Assembly (NCBI GenBank): GCA_041736175.1
Contig: JBGSUI010000067.1
Span: 1-64,000 of the forward strand
Length of the DNA stretch: 64,000 nucleotides
Direction: 5' to 3'
From: Oligoflexales bacterium
Lineage (GTDB): Bacteria > Bdellovibrionota_B > Oligoflexia > Oligoflexales > CAIYRB01
The first letter of the stretch is position 1. Every line of letters starts with the position of its first letter. Under the pieces are notes generated by a model. The model saw only the letters and a program-made list of their open reading frames with translations, was not told the origin of the DNA and searched no databases. Positions 59,792 to 64,000 of the stretch are shown piece by piece. The translations under genes and the position numbers were made by a program.

Positions 59792-61288
59792 TCACTCCCA
59801 CGGATCGAATATCTTCATCTCTTCCAGAGGAGCAGCCATGACGACGATTTGCCCACCCGGAGTAACGAGAATATCTTTAACACCTTGAAGAGGAGGCTCG
59901 GCGAATGGCCTCGGTCGTGAGAGGGTATTTAGATTCCAAAAAGAAATAGCTCCTGTGGGACTGATGGTCATAAATTGATTGTAATCAAGCCGCAGAACTT
60001 TATTGATGACGACCGCTGAAGCTGGAATCGCAGCCAATCGCTTTTGCCCGTACTCTGTCTGAATTTCGACTTCTGCACTGTCAAGGGACGAGTAGGCTAA
60101 AAGTGTCGGTAGGGACCCCAAAGCATCCCTAATAGGCGTCAGAAAGCCGCTCCCATTATAAGTTTTTTCAACTTTACATAGCTTTAGATTGACGAGTTCT
60201 ACCGACTTCGTCGATTTTCGGACAATCCAATCACTGTCAACGACGTCAAGAAAGGTCGTTTGCCCAGTGAATTTTAATACGCCAATTTCCCGACCTGTTA
60301 AGGGATCAAAAAACTTTCCGCCGGGAGAATCTCCAATTTTAAAACCAGAAATAAAGATAGAACCATCTGATAATGGTATAGGAACACGGTGTTGCCCGTC
60401 ACCCGCTCGACGAAATCCAGTACTGGAAATCTTTGCCATCTGTCCTTGTTCTAAATCCCAGACATAAACCCATTTAGAATAACTAGACATGATCCTCGTA
60501 GTCGAAAGTATCGTCAATCGGGCAGAGGCATCTGCAGGACCAGCGGTCTGTTCATCTGCATGAAAGAATTCATTTAAGCGTTTCAATCCGGCTTTTTCAC
60601 TCCACTCCCAAACCTCAACTGTCCAGTCACTGCTGAAAGTAGCAAATCGCGATGAAGAAAGCGTTATTAAGCTCTTAATGACCTTAGATCCCATGGGTAC
60701 CGCCTGCTGCAGTTGACCGGTGATAGTATTGTAGACACTGAGTTTTGAAGTCGTACCTTGAAAGAGCAATTGGTGATCACCCAATACCACGGGCAACCCC
60801 GATAATGGATGCCTTTTGACAGACCCAATATTTTTGAAATTCACCTTATCTTGGTTGGTCCGCCGCAGATAGACTAGGTACTCAAAGGCAATCTTATATT
60901 TCCAAGGGTCTAAGAAAACTCCACTACTGCTTTTGCATGGATTTTGAGTCTGCCATAGCTGTTGACGCCAACGGGGGACAATTTCCCTTGCTCGCTCCCA
61001 TAACACCTGAAATCCATAAACATCAGTCTTCTGCACATTTCTCACCATCTTCACCAGATCTTTATCAGAAAGGTGTCGTAAAACCTCAAGCTGACAGTCT
61101 CCCAAATTCGCCCAAGAGGTTTGTCTTGGACACTGACTCATTTTTGTCTGACCGTCGTCAGAATTTTCTGCGGCTAAATCAAAAGTGGATTTTGCAGAAT
61201 TTTGACAGCCGACTAAAAAACTTGCAGTGGCCAGTAATATACCAACGATTCTGATGGTTTTTGGTAAAGTCTTGGTCGCATGCGTCAT
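59792..61288 (-). CDS. Lipoprotein with F-box-like motif and WD40-like beta-propeller
   Basis: Lipobox LVGC; LEVLRHLSDKDL; repeats FATFSSDWTVEVWE, VYVWDL, AISFWN. Confidence 0.6.
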   Translation of the reverse strand: MTHATKTLPKTIRIVGILLATASFLVGCQNSAKSTFDLAAENSDDGQTKMSQCPRQTSWANLGDCQLEVLRHLSDKDLVKMVRNVQKTDVYGFQVLWERAREIVPRWRQQLWQTQNPCKSSSGVFLDPWKYKIAFEYLVYLRRTNQDKVNFKNIGSVKRHPLSGLPVVLGDHQLLFQGTTSKLSVYNTITGQLQQAVPMGSKVIKSLITLSSSRFATFSSDWTVEVWEWSEKAGLKRLNEFFHADEQTAGPADASARLTILSTTRIMSSYSKWVYVWDLEQGQMAKISSTGFRRAGDGQHRVPIPLSDGSIFISGFKIGDSPGGKFFDPLTGREIGVLKFTGQTTFLDVVDSDWIVRKSTKSVELVNLKLCKVEKTYNGSGFLTPIRDALGSLPTLLAYSSLDSAEVEIQTEYGQKRLAAIPASAVVINKVLRLDYNQFMTISPTGAISFWNLNTLSRPRPFAEPPLQGVKDILVTPGGQIVVMAAPLEEMKIFDPWE

Positions 61289-61486
61289 GGTTAAAAATCC
61301 TTTCACCTGATCCATGGAAGCCATCATGCAAAAAACGAACCAGGAATCTAGCCAGTCATTTTAAAGAATGACTGGCAATTGCTTAAACACTTTTTACAAA
61401 GACCTAAGCGGAAACAATCAGAAAAATCATGGATTACTTTTTGCAGGAAATTATGCAATAGAAACTTTCGAAAAAGGAGTGCTACG

Positions 61487-62143
61487 ATGAACTTAGTAAT
61501 GGGCGGTTTTTTCCTAGGATCATTAATATTTTTTGCCATTAGCTGTGATGGTGACAATAAAAAAAATGATACCAGAAAAGCTCAATCTCCATCTAAAGCA
61601 GAATCTGCCTCTAAAACCGAATCTCCATCTAAAGCGGAATCTGCCTCTAAAACCGAATCTCCATCTAAAGCGCAATCTCCCTCTAATGATTCCTCCCTTA
61701 ATCTAAAAGACCTTAATGAGATTTCATGTTTTTTTTCTCAGCAAAATATTGACAATAAACAAAAAAGTGCCTTTGTGTGGAAATTAGAGAATAGTAAAAC
61801 AGAGTCAACTCTATACATCACGATCTCCAGTGACAAAATTCCAGAATCGGGGTCGAACTGGAATTTCTCCCCTGAGGTCCCCCTCAGCGAACGCCACATC
61901 GCCTACGGCCAAACCGGCAGCGATGGATTCATCTCAGCAGCAGCCCCAGCCGCCTGCTCCCTTAAGATTACTTCAAGCAATATCGCGGCAAATCCGGCAG
62001 CTATTCAAGGCTCCGCGCAACCAGGTCTCGTCCCACAACGGTTTGAGATCAAGGCGCTAATTGACTGCGTACTCGCAAATTCAAAAACTGGTAAAACGCT
62101 CAAATTTAATGGCGAAATAAGCTGCGATAATGGATTTAAGTAA
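61487..62143 (+). CDS. Hypothetical lipoprotein with hexapeptide repeats
   Basis: AAGGAG RBS, lipobox AISC, (A/T)(E/Q)S(P/A)SK x6. Confidence 0.7.
   Translation: MNLVMGGFFLGSLIFFAISCDGDNKKNDTRKAQSPSKAESASKTESPSKAESASKTESPSKAQSPSNDSSLNLKDLNEISCFFSQQNIDNKQKSAFVWKLENSKTESTLYITISSDKIPESGSNWNFSPEVPLSERHIAYGQTGSDGFISAAAPAACSLKITSSNIAANPAAIQGSAQPGLVPQRFEIKALIDCVLANSKTGKTLKFNGEISCDNGFK
61577..61686 (+). repeat. 18-bp in-frame tandem repeat (6 units, 36-bp superperiod)
   Basis: Alternating AAAGCxGAATCTGCCTCT and AAAACCGAATCTCCATCT units. Confidence 0.85.
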
Positions 62144-62271
62144 GCATAGTTAAAAAGGCTAGCAAATATTGACTTTTTAATTAGAAATTGTCACTATCAG
62201 AGATAGAAAAAGCTCCATCGTAGAAAAACGGCTTAGTAGCAAGTCAATAATGACACAAATCTAAGATATCA

Positions 62272-63081
62272 ATGATTCTTCGACCCGATGAAAAAAACGC
62301 TCCTTGGATTCTCGCTCTATCTGGGACTGCCTTTGTAACCGGCTGTGTTTTCGCCCTAGCTGGGGGTAGTAACCTTTGGCCGTTGACAGGCATCCTCACT
62401 CTGCCACTGGGATTTGTCCTTGGCCTAATGGCTCACTTCCTCTCCAGTTTCTTTAAGATCAATCCTGAAAGACAATATAAGCTCCTTAAAATAGTCGTTC
62501 CTTGCTTTGTCTTGGCAGGATTTATCGTAGGATTGTACTCTAAAAAATTAGAAGATGAGTCTCTACAAAAACGAAAAATAATCGAAGCCAAAATAATAAG
62601 CTGCCGTACCCTAGACGAGGCCGTACAAGAGATCACCGATGACTATAAATCACTTTTAGAGCGCCACAAAAAATACAACCAAGAACTTAACAGTCAAAAC
62701 GGAGACTCCGCGCCAAACGCTGCTGAATTCGTTAAAAGAGCTGCTTCCCAATCTCCGGGTGTGATTCTTGATTTAGAAACCAAGAGGATGGTTTTGTTTC
62801 ATGTTAAGGAGGAGAAAAAAGGTAAATCAATTTTCGCTTTTGATTCATGGATCGATGTAAAAACCAACAACCGGGAGCGCTATCGGCTCAGGTTTCACAA
62901 GTCGACTCCAGCTCGGTGTGGAGATATCACTCTAGGGGCTACAGAATATTATTCAGTACTTTCTCCGCCCTTCTATCAGCTAAGGCCCACATCTGATAGG
63001 TTGCCCGGTACTGGCATCGTGGCCGACAATATTGGTAAAAAGTCTCTTGAGGCCTTTCTCAGGGAGCAAGGTCTTTTATGA
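62272..63081 (+). CDS. Hypothetical membrane protein (3 N-terminal TMs)
   Basis: 269-aa ORF with hydrophobic N-terminal third. Confidence 0.65.
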   Translation: MILRPDEKNAPWILALSGTAFVTGCVFALAGGSNLWPLTGILTLPLGFVLGLMAHFLSSFFKINPERQYKLLKIVVPCFVLAGFIVGLYSKKLEDESLQKRKIIEAKIISCRTLDEAVQEITDDYKSLLERHKKYNQELNSQNGDSAPNAAEFVKRAASQSPGVILDLETKRMVLFHVKEEKKGKSIFAFDSWIDVKTNNRERYRLRFHKSTPARCGDITLGATEYYSVLSPPFYQLRPTSDRLPGTGIVADNIGKKSLEAFLREQGLL

Positions 63082-63379
63082 TCAGACATTTCTGGCCGAA
63101 GATTGCGCCGCTTCAGTTGAAGGCGTGTTATACCACCTTGCGGGACCGATTTAGGGATCTGGTTGCTTCGTGGAGCACTTCGCGGATCATCGCAGGAATC
63201 GACCGCTGCTGGTTGTCGTAGATGAATGGAGCATAGATCCGCTCCACATTCATAATATCCGATACAAAACAATCATGCGAGTCAGAGAGGGCGCTTCAAA
63301 ATTAGCTTAAAACTCCTATATAAACAATAAACATGCTTCCTCCGACAAAAAGCAATTGCGATTAGGGTTTGCGTTACCC

Positions 63380-64000
63380 CTATACCGCTTGAATGTCGCG
63401 GAAATTTGAGATATCAGTGATTCTGTGTGAACGTATTCCCATTCTTAATGTCCCATTAAAGGACACATAGTGCCCATATTTATGAGCCTCTAATGCTGTC
63501 GAATAAGTCTGAACATTCAGCGTTAAACGCGCCTTAATAATTTCTTCATCGTCATACTGAAAAGAAATTTCAACGTCTCCAGCAGGAGATCCTGATTCAG
63601 TTCTTTCGCCATGGAGATCGGTTATTAATCCGGTAAAAAATTTTGCTTCTGGAGTAGAAGATGGCGTTAAACGTGCGGCAAGTATTTCGATTGAATCGAA
63701 ATACTCCTTGTTTATCCTAATACTCGGTGTGTCAAGAATTGATTCCCCGAAATTACTAGTTCCTGTTATAGTAAGTGATGATCCTTCGTTTTGCGGACTC
63801 ATTCCTAGGAGAGCTTTGCAAAAATTGGAGCTGACGGGAAAATTATTGGAATTATCAATCAAAGATAGATCCCCAGAGTCAATAGTTTCGACTATTTTTT
63901 TTGCACCTAGAAGTAAGGTACGAGTTACCGTTCGAGAAAAACGCTCCTCAGGGAATTCTTTTAGGAGTCGAGCATTGTCTGAAATTACATTTTCATCTAC
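63380..64000 (-). CDS. Paralog of the 23173-24291 protein (5' part outside window)
   Basis: SNFCKA, TGLxTDLHGERT, PAGDxExSFQYxDExIIKAR, TALxAHxxGHYVS, RSHRI shared with the 23173 protein. Confidence 0.85.
   Translation of the reverse strand, partial: VDENVISDNARLLKEFPEERFSRTVTRTLLLGAKKIVETIDSGDLSLIDNSNNFPVSSNFCKALLGMSPQNEGSSLTITGTSNFGESILDTPSIRINKEYFDSIEILAARLTPSSTPEAKFFTGLITDLHGERTESGSPAGDVEISFQYDDEEIIKARLTLNVQTYSTALEAHKYGHYVSFNGTLRMGIRSHRITDISNFRDIQAV

Noticed and set aside
63085..63135. attC-like start GTATAAC...TTCAAC on the minus strand
   Set aside because: No matching GTTRRRY end or symmetric arm, and no integron integrase.

Overview
Bacterial chromosomal window. Gene content and protein style suggest Bdellovibrionota/Oligoflexia-like (inference only). 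The core backbone is secDF, accD-folC-lptD-speD, proline dehydrogenase, yhbY, AI-2E transporter, mreB, rlmI, an S1-domain protein, cyclophilin, a polar amino-acid ABC transporter, a QEGLA/DUF1704 peptidase, gltB-gltD-amtB, PIN-PhoH, PrkA and a class II RNR. Four accessory islands with mostly AT-richer genes (about 1-2100, 22460-29160, 41050-44790, 59790-64000) sit downstream of gene 3' ends. They carry orphan lipoproteins, decayed toxin-antitoxin genes and IS91-like transposase scraps. Most notable: (1) the 41-45 kb island is stitched together with diverged copies of neighbouring core-gene pieces (recoded DUF1704 3' end, amtB 3' end, a foreign phoH segment); (2) a 14-repeat RCC1 double propeller has hypervariable loops and a C16 tract that puts its best start codon out of frame (candidate phase variation); (3) a small secreted protein is built from prion-octarepeat-like HGGGW repeats; (4) a DUF4365 plus partner module, whose partner gene has a second paralog at the window end, is a candidate defence system; (5) several exported proteins have cytoplasm- or eukaryote-type domains (IucA/IucC-like, F-box/propeller). 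No rRNA, tRNA or CRISPR array was recognised. All alignments and counts were done by eye.
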